Under the pieces are notes generated by a model. That model did not search any database. It saw only the letters and a list, made by a program, of their open reading frames with translations, and had not been told where the DNA came from. Positions 23,762 through 36,270 of a DNA stretch of 64,000 nucleotides are shown here, piece by piece. Position numbers and translations under genes: made by a program. Numbering within the stretch: the first letter of the stretch is position 1; each line of letters begins with the position of its first letter. Origin of the DNA: Isurus oxyrinchus (lineage: Eukaryota); the NCBI GenBank assembly GCA_026770705.1, contig JANJGN010000152.1:806001-870000 (forward strand), in the 5' to 3' direction.

Positions 23762-24841
23762 CTCTCGACATGGAGACTGAGGGAACAACCAGCTCACGGG
23801 TATTCGAAGTGCGAGTGATACAAGTGAAATCAGTCAAAAAATTGTAATTTGTTATCAGAGCAATTTAGTAGAATAAAATAATATTTATTTATCGGTACGA
23901 GAGATATCGACTGTAAAGAATATGCAAACAATGAAGCACTGAAGCAACCAGAATAAAGAAAGAAGGACTGTTTGTTATTGAGTACAGTTCCTGTACCTAC
24001 ATCTCAGCAGCGCCAGAATGAGGAATACTAGATACATCCTTAAGTTTACAGGTCAATAAGCAAACATGAAACAGCTGGCATTAGATGAACACATATCGGG
24101 TAAACACATTACCAGATACCTAAAGGAACCAATTTCAAGTCACGTGGAATTTCTGCTTCTGGGTTGGTTGTAACTATTGTTCACACGATGAAAGAAGCAG
24201 TTTGTTGATCTGCTCCTCCCTAGCCCAGCGGCTCACACCTGAACAGGCCAGTTGTCTGAAGACCAGCAAGTTCCTCTCCTCCATGTGTATGAGGAAACCT
24301 GTCGCTTTCTGCCAGTGGCTCTGGAAAGGAACATATCAGGCGCTGGGTGTTCGAATCCAGTAAAATTCTTTCCTGATAGAATGAATAGAGGCTGGAGAAA
24401 TGTACCTCACAAAGGAATCAACATCTTCCGGCAGCTTCCAGCCTTTTATTCAGAGACCTATTTCAGGCAATTGAAATATCTCCTGGGGGGATGGGAGTTT
24501 AAAGGAAAATGCAGTTTTCTGGTTGTTACATCTTTTCCTTCAAGGTTTACTTCTACATTTACTTTTCCCACTAGTTATTTGCACTTTCCTTTGTTCATCT
24601 TTTCTTATTTTGTTAATGTCCTTTCCCTGAAATGAATTGGCAAACGTTTCTACCCATTCTTGCTCTCAATCTCCCTTTCCATGTTTGCTCCTCTGTTTTC
24701 CCTGCCTGGGTTTCCATTTATCTTTATTTCGCACTTTTTGATCTCTCTCTCTTCACTATTTTCTATTTTAAGCTCATGCACTATAGATTTCCATTATTAT
24801 TACCGGATATGCCAAAACACAGCAGAGGAGCTCTCCCACAG

Positions 24842-25182
24842 GGTTTCTGTACGGATTCTATTTGCTACTCTGTGGCCTCACGGCACAGAGATAGGTGGCG
24901 CTGTCTGTCATTCGGATGTCCCTCAAGGTCATTGTGCTAAATTTATTGACTCACCGGATTGCAACAGTGATCCTTCCTTGTTGATCGGTACCACATGTGG
25001 CCATAACCAGATGCTGGAGGGGCTGTTACGGGCGGAGTCTGTCCCAGTACGAGACAGTAGCCGAACAGTTCGTGGATAAGATTCCCAGGTCACTGAGAAC
25101 CAGCCGCCCAGGGAGCTGCACAACCTCAGCTTCACTTGAGAAGTGCATAAACCATCACGAAAACCCAGTAAATCTGGAACAT
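24842..25182 (-). pseudogene. Single-exon leader+V pseudogene (intronless family copy 2)
   Basis: MFQIYWVF.. frameshift EAEVVQLPGRLV..NC..QHLVMATCGTDQQGRIT..DSATYLCAVR; RSS CACAGAG-17-ACAGAAACC. Confidence 0.85.
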
Positions 25183-25389
25183 TATTGAACCGGATGAAAT
25201 GCTTGTAGACCGATTTGTCCACGGAGAACCAGGGCACGAGAGCAGATTCAGGAGAACTAACAATCAGCCAGACCCCCGCTTCAGACCAAACTCAGAGGTT
25301 TCTTCGTGTGGAAAACCGAAAGAACATGTGCTCGGAATGTGCCTACTCTGGAGCTTCCACTTTCCATGTTTCTCACTAATGGCAGCTTT

Positions 25390-25935
25390 CAATAGGAACA
25401 GGAGAAGGCCATTCAGCCTGTCGAGCCTGCCCTGGCTTTTACCCATACTATCTCCATAACCCCTTACGTTATTGTGAATCGGAAATCTATCAATTGTACA
25501 TTAACTACACTCAAAGACTGAACCTTCATGGCCCTCTGGGGTGGAGAATTCCAAAGATTTGCAACTCTCAGAGTAAAGAAATTTCCACTCATCTTTGCCA
25601 TTGGTCGCTTCCCCATTATTTTAAAATTGTGTCCCTTGGTTCTAGACTCTCCAGTGGGGGGAAACATCTTACCTGCATGTACCCTGTCTATTATTTTAAG
25701 TGTTCTGTAGGTTTCAATCAGATCACCTCTCATTCTTCGAAACTTTAGTGAATACAGGCCCAGTTTCCCCAATCTCTCCTCATAAGACAGTACCACCATT
25801 CCAGGAACAAGTCTGGTGAACCTTCGGTGCACTACCTCGAGAGCGATACTATTTCTGAGTTAAGGGGGACAAAACTGCACACAGTACTCTAGGTGTGACC
25901 TAACCAAGCTTCTATTTAATTGAAGCAAAGCTTTC
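25390..25935 (-). mobile_element. CR1 LINE 3' fragment
   Basis: RRFTRLVPGM..SYEERLGKLGLYSLKFRRMRGDLIETY. Confidence 0.9.
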
Positions 25936-25949
25936 CTTGCCCCTCAACT

Positions 25950-26150
25950 CACAGGCAGCACCAAAACTCAGTCTTTCTCCAGGACACCAGCTCACACTCT
26001 CTGAGTTCACACTGGGCTGCCTACACTCAGTGTTTCTCACTGAGACAGTTCACGCTCTCTGAGCTCACACCGGGCCACCCATACTCACTGTCTTTGACGG
26101 AGACCTGCCTACACTCTCTGAGCTCATACTGTGGTGCCTACACCCAGTAG
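25950..26150. repeat. About 55-60 bp tandem repeat in the upstream region of the intronless V family
   Basis: cacactctctgagctcacac.gggc..cc.acactca units; related arrays at 3790-3910, 28955-29065 and 53660-53770. Confidence 0.7.
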
Positions 26151-26539
26151 TTCACATTGCCCTCTTGTGTACTAATAATTGCGAGGTGTTTTTACTGTTG
26201 CTGAATCCGGCAAGTTGTATTTTACAGTATAGTTATAAATGAGAATGGATTTTCCCTCCTTCTTGGTGTTGTTCGCTTTTCCAGGGAGACCCTAATTCTC
26301 GCCTTCCTTTGTAAAATCCACCAATTCTGATCTGTTTCTCTCCTCCAGTCTGAGTGAAACCTTGTTTCACTTTGCTCTCACATTGTGTGTAAAGAGGAAT
26401 TTCATTATTCCAGTCCGAAAATATGCTTTTATTCTTTGAACCTTACCCAGATGTGTGCATAACGAACCTTTCTTGCTGATATTTCAATATGTCAATATTG
26501 GTAATTGCATCGTAAATGATAATGAAAGAAGGAAATAAC

Positions 26540-26960
26540 CTTACATTCAGTTAGCATTTTCTCCAATTAATGGACGTATCAAAGAACTTATCGCCATTGA
26601 AGCGCTTGCTGAAGTGTGATCATTGTTGTAATTTAGGAGCTGTTGTCGTTAATGTCCATACAGCAAATTGACATATAGCAATGGGATAGCCAGTTTGTGT
26701 GATGTTAACTGAGGGATGAAAATTGGATAATTCCCATGCTTTTCTTAGAAAGAGTGTCATGAGATATTTTACATTCACCTGAGCAGAGAGGTGTAGATCG
26801 TGTTAATGCCTCATCCAAAATACGTCATCTGATGTAATTCTCCTCCAGTGATTCACCTGAGCGTCAACATTGATTTTTGTGCTCAAGTCCTGGAGTGAGG
26901 TTGAACCCAGAACATTTTGATGCTGCTGGGAGTGTGTCACCAACTGAACCAAGGCTGACA
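26540..26960 (-). mobile_element. Near full-length Deu-domain tRNA-derived SINE
   Basis: tRNA-like head (tgtcagccttggttcagttggt..gggttcaacctcactccagga) followed by the Deu-like core. Confidence 0.65.
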
Positions 26961-27239
26961 ATATGCAAGAACGTGTAAAAGCACTGATACCAATTCCAAA
27001 GCAATACTGCTATTTTTCAATGTTCTTTACAGCCTTCTGTATTTAACATTGTGTTCAATTATAGATGATGACTTCTGCCTCCATCGTTTTCATGTTTTTT
27101 TTGTGCTGGTTCGTTCTTGTCTCGTTTCTTTCTTTATCCCTTCATATTACATTTGGGCAGCCGCCAAGGAGCCATTCACACCTCATCTGGAGACATGATT
27201 AGTTTGTTCAGAATACTCCTTACCATTCTTTTTTGGCTT

Positions 27240-27600
27240 TTTAAAATTATTTGATGAGATGTAGGCATCGCTGACAAGACCCATTTGTTGCCGATCCCTA
27301 ATTGCCCATGAGCTGAGTGGTTGGTGAGGCTGTCTCGGAGGGGAGTTATGAGCCAAACACATTGCTGCGGGTCTTGATTCTCATGTAGATCAGGCCAGGA
27401 AGAGATGGCAGATTTTCTTCCCCAAAGGACATCAGTACACCAATCAATGTTACTTTCATGGTCACTATTACAAAACTTGATTTCATTCCCAGGTTTTGCT
27501 CTTTAAATTTAAATTTGCCACATGCTGTGTGGAGGGACTTAAACCCATGCAACCGAGTCGCTCAATTACTAGTGCAACAACATAACCATTATACCACTGT
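27240..27600 (-). mobile_element. tRNA-derived SINE with a CR1-type tail
   Basis: Reverse-complement homolog of 10800-11163. Confidence 0.7.
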
Positions 27601-28230
27601 CTTTCCATTAAATGTACCCACTACTACAGAGCAAGCAATGAGGGTCAAAACGAATAACAACGAAGGAAACCTGTGGGTGGGGCTGCCTGTGCAGGGTAAC
27701 TGCCAGTTCTGCCCCTATAATGTCCAGTGGATAACAGGGAGTAACGTGTGATCACACGTTATCCTAGCGGAACCCATGAGAACTTTTCAACATCAGAACA
27801 AAGAGAAAAGTGGAAATGTATCCATGTGGCACGATTCAATGACCAGTGTTTAGGCAACATTTTCAGAAAATTTAGCTTTGGAACTAACAGAGAAGTATGA
27901 GTGCTGTTAAATATAAATTAATTCTATTTTATTTGAGGTTCTTTACATTTATGACTTCATCTAATCTTTAAACTCTTTGAATGACGTTCGTTATTTTCCA
28001 CTTTCTTTCATTTATTTTTCCATATTTATCTCATGTTATGAGCTTTTCACGAATGATTCCTGTACCTATTCGCTTTACCATTGCCTCTCACTCATTCTGG
28101 CTTGTGCGTTTGTGCTTCCTTTCTCAGCATCTATGTTTCTAACTCCCTGCATTTCTGGTCACGTTTAAACCTTTATATATTATACTGCCTTGCTCTTGCC
28201 CTTAACACCGTCCCCAAAACAGCACCCCGA

Positions 28231-28238
28231 CACACACA

Positions 28239-28317
<79 letters not shown>
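28231..28317. repeat. (CA)n microsatellite
   Basis: Directly visible. Confidence 0.98.
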
Positions 28318-28319
<2 letters not shown>

Positions 28320-28395
28320 CCCTCGTATTGTTATCATCACATAATTCACAAGCCGATCATGGAAACATCATAGACCTGAGCCCCCACTCTGTGTA

Positions 28396-28761
28396 GGTTT
28401 CTGTAGGAGCTCTCAGTTTGTTTGTTACACTCATGGCACTTAGATAGGAGGCAGTGTCTGTAACTTGCGCATCCCTCATGGCCAGGATACTAAGTTTGTT
28501 GTCTCCCCCGACTGAAGCAGAGATCCTCCCGTGTTGATCAGTTCCTCTTGTGGCCACTACAAGATGTTGGGGTGGCTGATTGGGGAGCTGCCTGTACCAA
28601 CACACCACGTTCATCCCACTGATGATGGTGCAGTTCATGGATACGATTCCCGCTTCACTGACAACAATTCACACTGGGAGCTTCGTCACCTCATCTTCAC
28701 CGGTCACTTCAGTGGAGATCAGAATGGATAAGAGAAAACAGACTCTGTAAATCCACAGCAT
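28396..28761 (-). pseudogene. Single-exon leader+V pseudogene (intronless family copy 3)
   Basis: MLWIYRVCFLLSILISTEVTGEDEVTKLPV*IVVSEAGIVSMNC..WYRQLPNQPP..DTASYLSAM; heptamer CAC deleted, 23-nt spacer and ACAGAAACC kept. Confidence 0.9.
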
Positions 28762-29252
28762 TATCAGATCACATGAAATACCAGCTGAAGCAATTGTCCA
28801 CGGAGATCAGGTTACGGCCAGGAAAAGGATATTGTATTCTGAAGATTGAACAAGGAACCAAACATTCGCTTCAGGTCCAACTCAAGGCGCTTTTCTGTCG
28901 GACTAGCGAAATAAGCCGAGCCTTGGAGTTTACCACTTCAGGATTCACACGAACACCGGTTCACACTGTCTCTGAACTCATGTCCTGGCCACCTACATTC
29001 ACTACTTCATAGTGACATTGGCTCACACTGTCTCTGAGCTAACACGGGGCCGCCCACATCCAATCAATTACATCAGAGAACAAAGGCAGCAAACTCTCCA
29101 ATAATAAACGGCAAAGAAGGCGGGTCATACTGACGACAGCAGTGGATGATGATATGGGCGGTGTTATAGCAGGCAGTGATATCATACACAACAAAACAAA
29201 AATACCTGGAAAAGCTCAGCAGGTCTGACAGCATCCACGGAGAAGAATACAA

Positions 29253-29287
29253 TTGACGTTTCGAGTCCACATTACTCTTCATCAGAA
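29253..29287 (-). ncRNA. Minimal hammerhead ribozyme motif (Penelope-associated)
   Basis: Minus strand reads CTGATGA-A-GAGT aatgtgg ACTC-GAAAC-GTC. Confidence 0.65.
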
Positions 29288-31320
29288 CTAGGAAAACAGA
29301 GAAATGTGGTGAACTATAAGATGGCAGAGGTGGGTGGGACAGGTAGAGCTGGATTGGGGGACAGTGATAAGGAGGCAACGAAGAGATTGCCAAAGATGTC
29401 ATAGACAAAAGGACAAAGGGGTGTTGACGGTGGTGATATTATCTAAGGAATAGGGACCCTAAGGGTAGCAAGCAGGACAAGCTAGTGGCAGATGGACATA
29501 ATGGGTGTTGGGTGGGGGGAAGAGTTTGAAATGAGCTGAAAGGTGGAGATAAAACAATAGATCGAATTAAATTTCAAAATAGGTGGGAAAAGAGAAATAT
29601 ATATGTTTTAAAATTATAATCTATGGGAAAAAGGGTGATCCGAAAGGGGGTGGGGATGGAAGAGACCGTTCATGATCTGAAATTGTTGAACTGAATATTA
29701 AGTCCAGATGGCTATAAAGTGCCTAATGTCGGAAGATGAGGTGCTGTTCCTCCAGTTTGTGTTGAGCTTCACTGGAACAATGCAGCAGGCCAAGGACGGA
29801 CATGTGGGCATGAGAGCAGGGTCGTGTGTTGAAATGGCAAGCGACAGGGTGGTCTGGGTCATGCTTGCAGACAGGCTGAAGGTGTTCCACAAAGCGGTCA
29901 CCCAGTCTCCGTTTCGTCTCTCCAAGGTGCAGGAGACCGCATTGGGAGCAGCGAATGCAATAGACTATATTGAGGGAAGTGCAAGTGAAGCACTGCTGCA
30001 CTTGAACGGAGTCTTTGGGCTCTTGGACGGTGAGGAGGGGGGAAGTAAAGGGGCAGGTGTTGCAACTTCTGCGGTTGCATGATAAGGTGCCATGGGAAGG
30101 TGTGAAGGTGTAGGGGGTGATGTAGGAGTGGACTAGGGTTTCCCAGAGGGAAAGATCCCTGCAGAAAACCGCCAGGGGCAGTGAAGCACCCTCGATTTTC
30201 CACCCACGGTTGTTAACAAGGCCCTCAACAGTTCCGACCCATATCCTACGCATCCATCCTCACACTTTCCTCTCCCTCCCAGAACCATGATAGGGTCCTC
30301 CTTGTCCTCACTTATCACTCCACCAGCCTCTGCATTCAAAGGATCATCCTCCTCCAATTCCACCAAAACCAGCATGATGCCACCATTAAACACATAATCC
30401 CTTCACTCCCCCGCTGGCTTTCCGCAGGGATCATTCCCTCTGGGATACCCTGGTCCACTCCTCCATCACCCCCTACACCTCACCCCCTCCCACGGCACCT
30501 TCCCATGCAACCGCAGAAGATACAACACTTAACCCCTTCTCACCGTCCAAGGAACCAAACGCTCCTTTCAAGTGAAGCAGTGCTTCACTTGCACTTCCCT
30601 CAATTTAGTCTACTGCCTTTGCTGCTTCCAATGCAGTTTCCTCTGCATTGGAGAGACCAAACACAGACTGGGTGACCCCTTTGCAGAATACCTTTGGCCT
30701 GTCCGCAAGCATGACCCAGACCTCCCTGTCGCTTGCCATTTCTACACTCCACCCTGCTCTCATGCCCACATGTCCATCCTTGGCCTGCTGCATTGTTCCA
30801 GTGAAGTTCAACGCAAACTGGAGGAAGAACATGTCATCTTCCGGCTAGGTACTTTGCAGCCTTCTGGACTTAAAATTGAGTTCAACAATTTCAGATCATG
30901 AACTCTTTCTTCCATCTCCACCCCCTTTCCAATACCCCCTTTTCCAATAACATATAATAAAAATATATTTTTTTCCCCACCTATTTTAAAATTTGTTTCG
31001 ATCTATTTCTTTAATCTCCACCTTTCAGCCCATTTCGATCCCTTCCCCCTGCCCCACCCCCAAAAGGGCCATCTGCCACCAGCTTGTCCTGCTTGCTACC
31101 CTTAATATCCCCATGAGCACATTCCTTAGATAATGTCACCACCGTCAACACCCCTTTGTCATTTTGTCTATGACATCTTTGGCAATCTCTTCTTTGCCTC
31201 CACCTATCACTGGCCCCCTACCCAGCTCTACTTGTCCCACCACACCGCACCTCCCCCGCCCCCCCCCCCCCCCACCACCCAACAGCATATATTACATCTC
31301 ATTTCTCTTTTTCCTTAGTT

Positions 31321-31353
31321 CTGATGAAGAGTCATACGGAGTCGAAACGTCAA
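31321..31353 (+). ncRNA. Minimal hammerhead ribozyme motif (Penelope-associated)
   Basis: CTGATGA-A-GAGTC atacg GAGTC-GAAAC-GTC (one stem II mismatch). Confidence 0.6.
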
Positions 31354-32000
31354 CTGTATTCCGCTTCGCAGATTCTGTCAGACCTGCTGAGTCTTTCTAG
31401 GTATTTTTGTTTTTGTTTCATCCGCAGTATTTTGCTTTTATCTTCATGATATCATACATTCGGATTCATCTGCAAGGAAGCGAACCAGTAGTAATATCCA
31501 CTTCGAAAAGGATATAAGTCTGTCTCTCTAGAAGAGTTGCGGCACTCACATATTCATTCCATACTGGGGACGAGCAGATTCGGGACAGGAGTATCAGGAT
31601 TATTATATTATTCAATTAAAGGCAATTTTTTTCATGAATAACCTCTCGTATCCAGGGCTGAATCTATAGGCATCGGGGTTGGAGGGGTTGTGAATTAATA
31701 CCCAGAGAAGTAGCAAAGGGCCATCTCCTTAAATCAAAGACTGAAAGAAGAAACTGTACACATTTTTTTTTACCGAAAGGTGAAGGGATGATAAGAAAGA
31801 AGTCAGCAGGGAAATGCGTCGAAAAGGATAAGTGGGATTGAAGCATTACATTGCCATTGACAAAGTTCGTTTTTATTATAAATTCAAATTTTAAAGACAA
31901 GCTAATGTAATTAGCTGTTCTTGCTGAATGTGATGATCTTTTGAAAAGGTCCGCGTGACCTCACATTCGAAGTAGAATTCTTCCTTTTTTGTGGGTGTGA

Positions 32001-32019
32001 CAGCGCCCTCTGCTGAGCG
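32001..32019 (-). promoter_or_regulatory. RSS-associated candidate CTCF element
   Basis: Minus strand reads CGCTCAGCAGAGGGCGCTG, about 19 bp beyond the nonamer at 32038-32046. Confidence 0.7.
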
Positions 32020-32037
32020 GTAATTGAAAAAACTGTG

Positions 32038-32590
32038 AGTTTTTGTCTTCGTTCCACGATCTCTCTGTAGCAGTGTTTGGCTCATGGCACAGAAATACAC
32101 GGCAGAGTGGGAAATCAATGTGTTGCCGATCGTTAGATCAACGATCTTGACATTTCTAATTAAGCGAAGAAGAAAACCAATGATTGATATCGGCGCTCCT
32201 GTACACATTCTTTCGAACATGATGAAGCTTCCACTCTGGAGGCTGCCTGGGATGCTCACTGTGCCACTACACATAAAAGCTGCGATTGCTTGCTTTAAAA
32301 ATGCAAGTTTGTGAAGCATTAATTTCCTCTTCATCCAGTATTTCATGAACCGGCTGTTCTACTGTGCCTTGATTGTCCCATTCTAACATTAAAGAAAAGT
32401 AAAAACAATAGTCAGCATCAGCTTCGTGTCGGTCAACATAATCATCATCACCGCCATCACTATTATTTTAACAACAATGACATCTGGGTCACAGCAATCA
32501 GGAGGACAGTGGACTTTACTGGGAAGGAGATGCTTGCTGAGAAATGATATAACAATGAAAAGCGGAGTGAAATTGTTCCCCTTGATACGT
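32038..32590 (-). pseudogene. TCR V pseudogene (inverted paralog of the 18108 gene)
   Basis: Exon 32078-32382 GTVEQPVHEILDEEEINASQTC..YV*WHS..SAVYFCAMS; RSS AACACTG-24-ACAAAAACT. Confidence 0.9.
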
Positions 32591-33623
32591 CATGAGTCTG
32601 TAACTTACATGCAAAAAATCCTGTGTCAAAGCAGAAATACAGACCCCCGCCCCCACTGCAGTGCCCAGCCAAACAATGAGAAGAATGAACCAGCGCCAGC
32701 AATCGTTCCAATAACATAATCGGGTCAGAGACTGACCAGCTGTGGGCGGGGATACCGCAGACTCAATATTAAGTGAAGTGCGCGATAACTCTCAGCTGCT
32801 TTCTGATCTGAGGGAGCGGAAATAGCGACGGTTGAAATTTCACAAGTTTGTGACAATCCTGCAGCTGCTCACTGTTCAAGTGACAGAGAGCAAACAGAGC
32901 AGAAGAGGCATGAAGAAACTTGAATCATGTAATTTTAAACCACTGAATTAGATTATTTGCCATACCATCCCTGTGTCTGTTTGGAAGAGTTATCAAAACC
33001 GCCTTTCAACTCCTGCAGTTTCCGCATGAGGGGCAAGTTTTCTCATTTTCAACTTGCAAACAATTTCTTTTTGAAGGTTCCGATTGAATGTTCTTCTTCC
33101 ATCCTTTAGGTCGTGCATTTTAGGTTTCAACACAGTGTAATGAGTGAATTTCACCTTTTTGCTTATTTTTTCTTACATTTTCTTCTCTGAAAATGGGGTG
33201 TATGCGTTATCGAATTTTCTGCCACTGGGCACAATAATGCACGATTTATTACATCAGATCTCTTATCATTTTGACTACTTCAATTAAGTATCTCCTTTAA
33301 ATCCTTTCATAAAAGAATAACGCCAGTTTTCCTCGTCTGTTTACATTTAAGGCCGCCACACTTAGTACCTGCCTCGTGCATTACTTCTAATGTGTAATAT
33401 CTTATATATTATCATCCTATCTAAATAGTTTTTCCTTGATTTTCAAACAGTAATATAGAAAGAAATGCATTATTCTCTGGCATAAACACAAAAGAAAGCC
33501 TGAGTCTGATAAGCTCCAATTTCAATTCCTTGGAAACAATATCTGGCATGCTTGTTTTAATATGTATACCAATGAATTCCACAGCCACCCAAAGGCCCCA
33601 TTCTCAACCAAATTGAACAGAAT

Positions 33624-33642
33624 CTGCCAGCAGATGGCGCCA
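33624..33642 (+). promoter_or_regulatory. Candidate CTCF element
   Basis: CTGCCAGCAGATGGCGCCA. Confidence 0.75.
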
Positions 33643-33846
33643 GGTTTATACATGTTGATTAGAAAGTCACGCGTGACCAACACCAGAGCCAATAAGGATG
33701 GTAGCTTGAGTGAGGTCACGATGGGCCTGGCCCCCAGCAGTGTGTGTGTGGAACAATGAGTTAAACAAAGCCCGGGTTTCCTATCTTCTTCTCACTCTCT
33801 AAATCATTCCATTCACATTGAGAGAGAGAGAGAGATTCACTCAGAC

Positions 33847-34367
33847 ATGTTCCTGATAATACTGGATAGTAAGTACTGGACTGTGTTCATCAAGGCAAGT
33901 TAGCAGATTGATGCAAAGAGTTTGCAATAGGATGTAATGCGATTAGACATCTTGATAGGTGGGAATTTGCACATACAGATAGATGCAGGTTTAGATTGAA
34001 CCTTGTGCTTTTTTGTACCTCTAACTCCACAGGCGGACTATTTGCAGATCCAGTGATTCAGTCTCCACTGACAACAACCGTGTTAGATGGGGGTTCTGTG
34101 CAGTTACATTGTGAATATAAAACCCTGGATATTGAGTATATGCAATGGCATCGGCAGAAGCCTGCACAGACTCCAGGCTGGATAATCAGCAGGACAGTAG
34201 TGCTGAAAGAAGACAAAATCTGAGGGCAATATCTGGCGGCTGCTGACAGGTCTACAAGGTCTGGTTACCTCAATATAAGCGGACTGAGTGTGGAGAAGGA
34301 CAGCGTCGTCTATTACTGTGTAGTGAGGCACAGCGCCAGATAACAGCCACGACGCTGTACTAAAACC
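33847..34367 (+). pseudogene. TCR V segment with a single stop and a shortened leader
   Basis: Leader 33847-33868; exon 34033-34328 DPVIQSP..VQLHCEY..MQWHRQKP..KI*(34221)..VYYCVVR; RSS CACAGCG-23-ACTAAAACC. Confidence 0.9.
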
Positions 34368-34429
34368 TCAGCAAATATTTACAAGACCATTAAGTACGCT
34401 TCCGCACTATTACCGGCAGGAACTTTGAT

Positions 34430-34730
34430 CCCAACAAAGCCTAGGAGAAAGATTGGCAGGTTTGTCTCTCAAACAGTTGCATTACTCTTTTGGTCCTTGT
34501 CCAGGGAAACAGGGAACTTGTATGGAAATATTGAGAACTAACTCAATGCCTCGAGTTACATCTCCTCAGAAAATATCTCTGAGATCACCCGGAATATTAA
34601 TGCACCAACAGAGCGAGAGAAAGTTATCAGACATGTAGAAACTGCAGCCTAATGTTACTACTTTTTTCCAGACCATTAACCCAGAAGGATCCAGGGACTC
34701 TTAATCTCTCCCATTCCCTCGTGCCTGTAA
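34430..34730 (-). pseudogene. V relic (inverted paralog of the 15803 gene)
   Basis: Reverse-complement homology to 15720-16100. Confidence 0.65.
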
Positions 34731-35047
34731 CAAAGCACAGAATGTGCCAAAGTCTAGAACTGGACTTAAACATGAAATACCCAATGATTATTTAAACATA
34801 GGCCCACCACACAGAAGTTCAGAAAGGAAAGTATGGATCATATGGTGTTTGATTTCTATTTTGACAGGAAATAAATTAATGCTAAATGGATGTTGACCCT
34901 TCTGGTCTGATTTTGTAGCGTGAACAATGATCAGGGCAGGATTCACTTATTAGGAGACGGAGGGCCCTTTTCCGGGGAGATTGTTATCAAACTCCCAGCT
35001 CTTTGATAAGGTCACAGGCTACAAACTGTCACCCACCTCCCTCAGGA

Positions 35048-35325
35048 GGCTTTTCTATGATCCTTACTGCGAGGTGACACATTGTGCCTCAAAGAAACAG
35101 AAATAGCGTCTGTCACTCGAGCGTCGCCAACATTCTGAGCACTTCACTACGCTAAATTGGGCCAAGCCTTGATCTTGTTCCGATTGCTGGTACTTCTCGC
35201 CAAGTGCTGCATTGTTCTGTCCGGATATCGTCTGATCCGTCCTGCTACTTTGGTAAAACAGATCAATGATGCAATGTCTCCTTCTGCAACAACCGCTGAC
35301 TGTCATACTCCATTACTGCCAGTTG
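35048..35325 (-). pseudogene. Degenerate V pseudogene with a recognisable 23-RSS
   Basis: VVAEGDIASLIC..DARVTD..YFC; RSS CACAATG(35080-35086)-23-AGAAAAGCC. Confidence 0.7.
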
Positions 35326-35467
35326 CATGAGATATAATGTACATAATTTGTAAAAAAAAAAGCGCAATTCCATATAACTTACAATAATAAAATACAAAAT
35401 AACAAAATACAAGATGATAGAATACTGGAAAATGCAATCCAACAGAATATAGCATAATTATATTTCT

Positions 35468-35520
35468 ACACACACACACACACACACACGCACACACACA
35501 CACACATACACACATACATA
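35468..35520. repeat. (CA)n microsatellite
   Basis: Directly visible. Confidence 0.95.
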
Positions 35521-36253
35521 TATTTCGAAAACAGGCAAATATTGAAATTTGAATTCAATACAAATCTGGGAATATGTCCATGAAACGACTGCCGGTTGTC
35601 TTAAAAAGCATCTGATTCATTTATGCTCTTTAGGGCAGGAAACCTGCCATCCTTATTTGGTCTGACCTACATGTGACTCTGGTCCCACAGCGATGTGGTT
35701 GACTCTCAAATGCCCTTTCATCAAGGTCAATTAGGGAGGGATGGGCAATAACTGGTGGCCTAGACAGCGACGCCTACATCCCATAAACGAATAATATATA
35801 TTATACTGTACAATATAACATATAATATAATATTATAATATACTGTTAGACTATATGTATTACAATATATGTGATATTATAGGCATTTAATGATGTGTGC
35901 CACACTCACGTAGATGATAGAGTGTGAAATCCAGAATTGCCACCATTTCGTGTCCTATCAACTTGGGTAAATTAACTGGCGGCAGATTCAGGCCAGGGTA
36001 GCTGCTTCTGGAGAAGTCAGTGCTGTTGTGCATCAATCTTAACGAACACCAGAACATTGTGCCCGCTAGAAGCAACCTTCTGGGACTCCACCTCACAGAG
36101 TGAACTGTGAGGGAGGTTCTTGCTCAGATTTGGTGGAAAGTGGGAGGAGCGCTCGCCTCATCATCCTGAATCAGACCGAATAATGAAAACAGTGAGAACA
36201 CAAATACTGAACAATGATCTCTGAGATCCTCCCAAAGGTGTTCATTTAAACCA

Positions 36254-36270
36254 GGCCAGCAGGTGGCGGT
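36254..36270 (+). promoter_or_regulatory. Candidate CTCF element
   Basis: GGCCAGCAGGTGGCGGT. Confidence 0.6.

Larger units (their letters stand above)
29189..31446. mobile_element. Penelope-like retroelement (GIY-YIG endonuclease): two inverted 5'-truncated copies within a 12-bp target-site duplication
   Basis: FTCTSLN.VYCI.C..C.LL.IGETKR.LGDRF.EH..VACHF..LGTLQPSGL.IEF on minus (29189 to about 30190) and plus (about 30190 to 31446); TGATATCATACA at 29177-29188 and 31447-31458. Confidence 0.9.
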
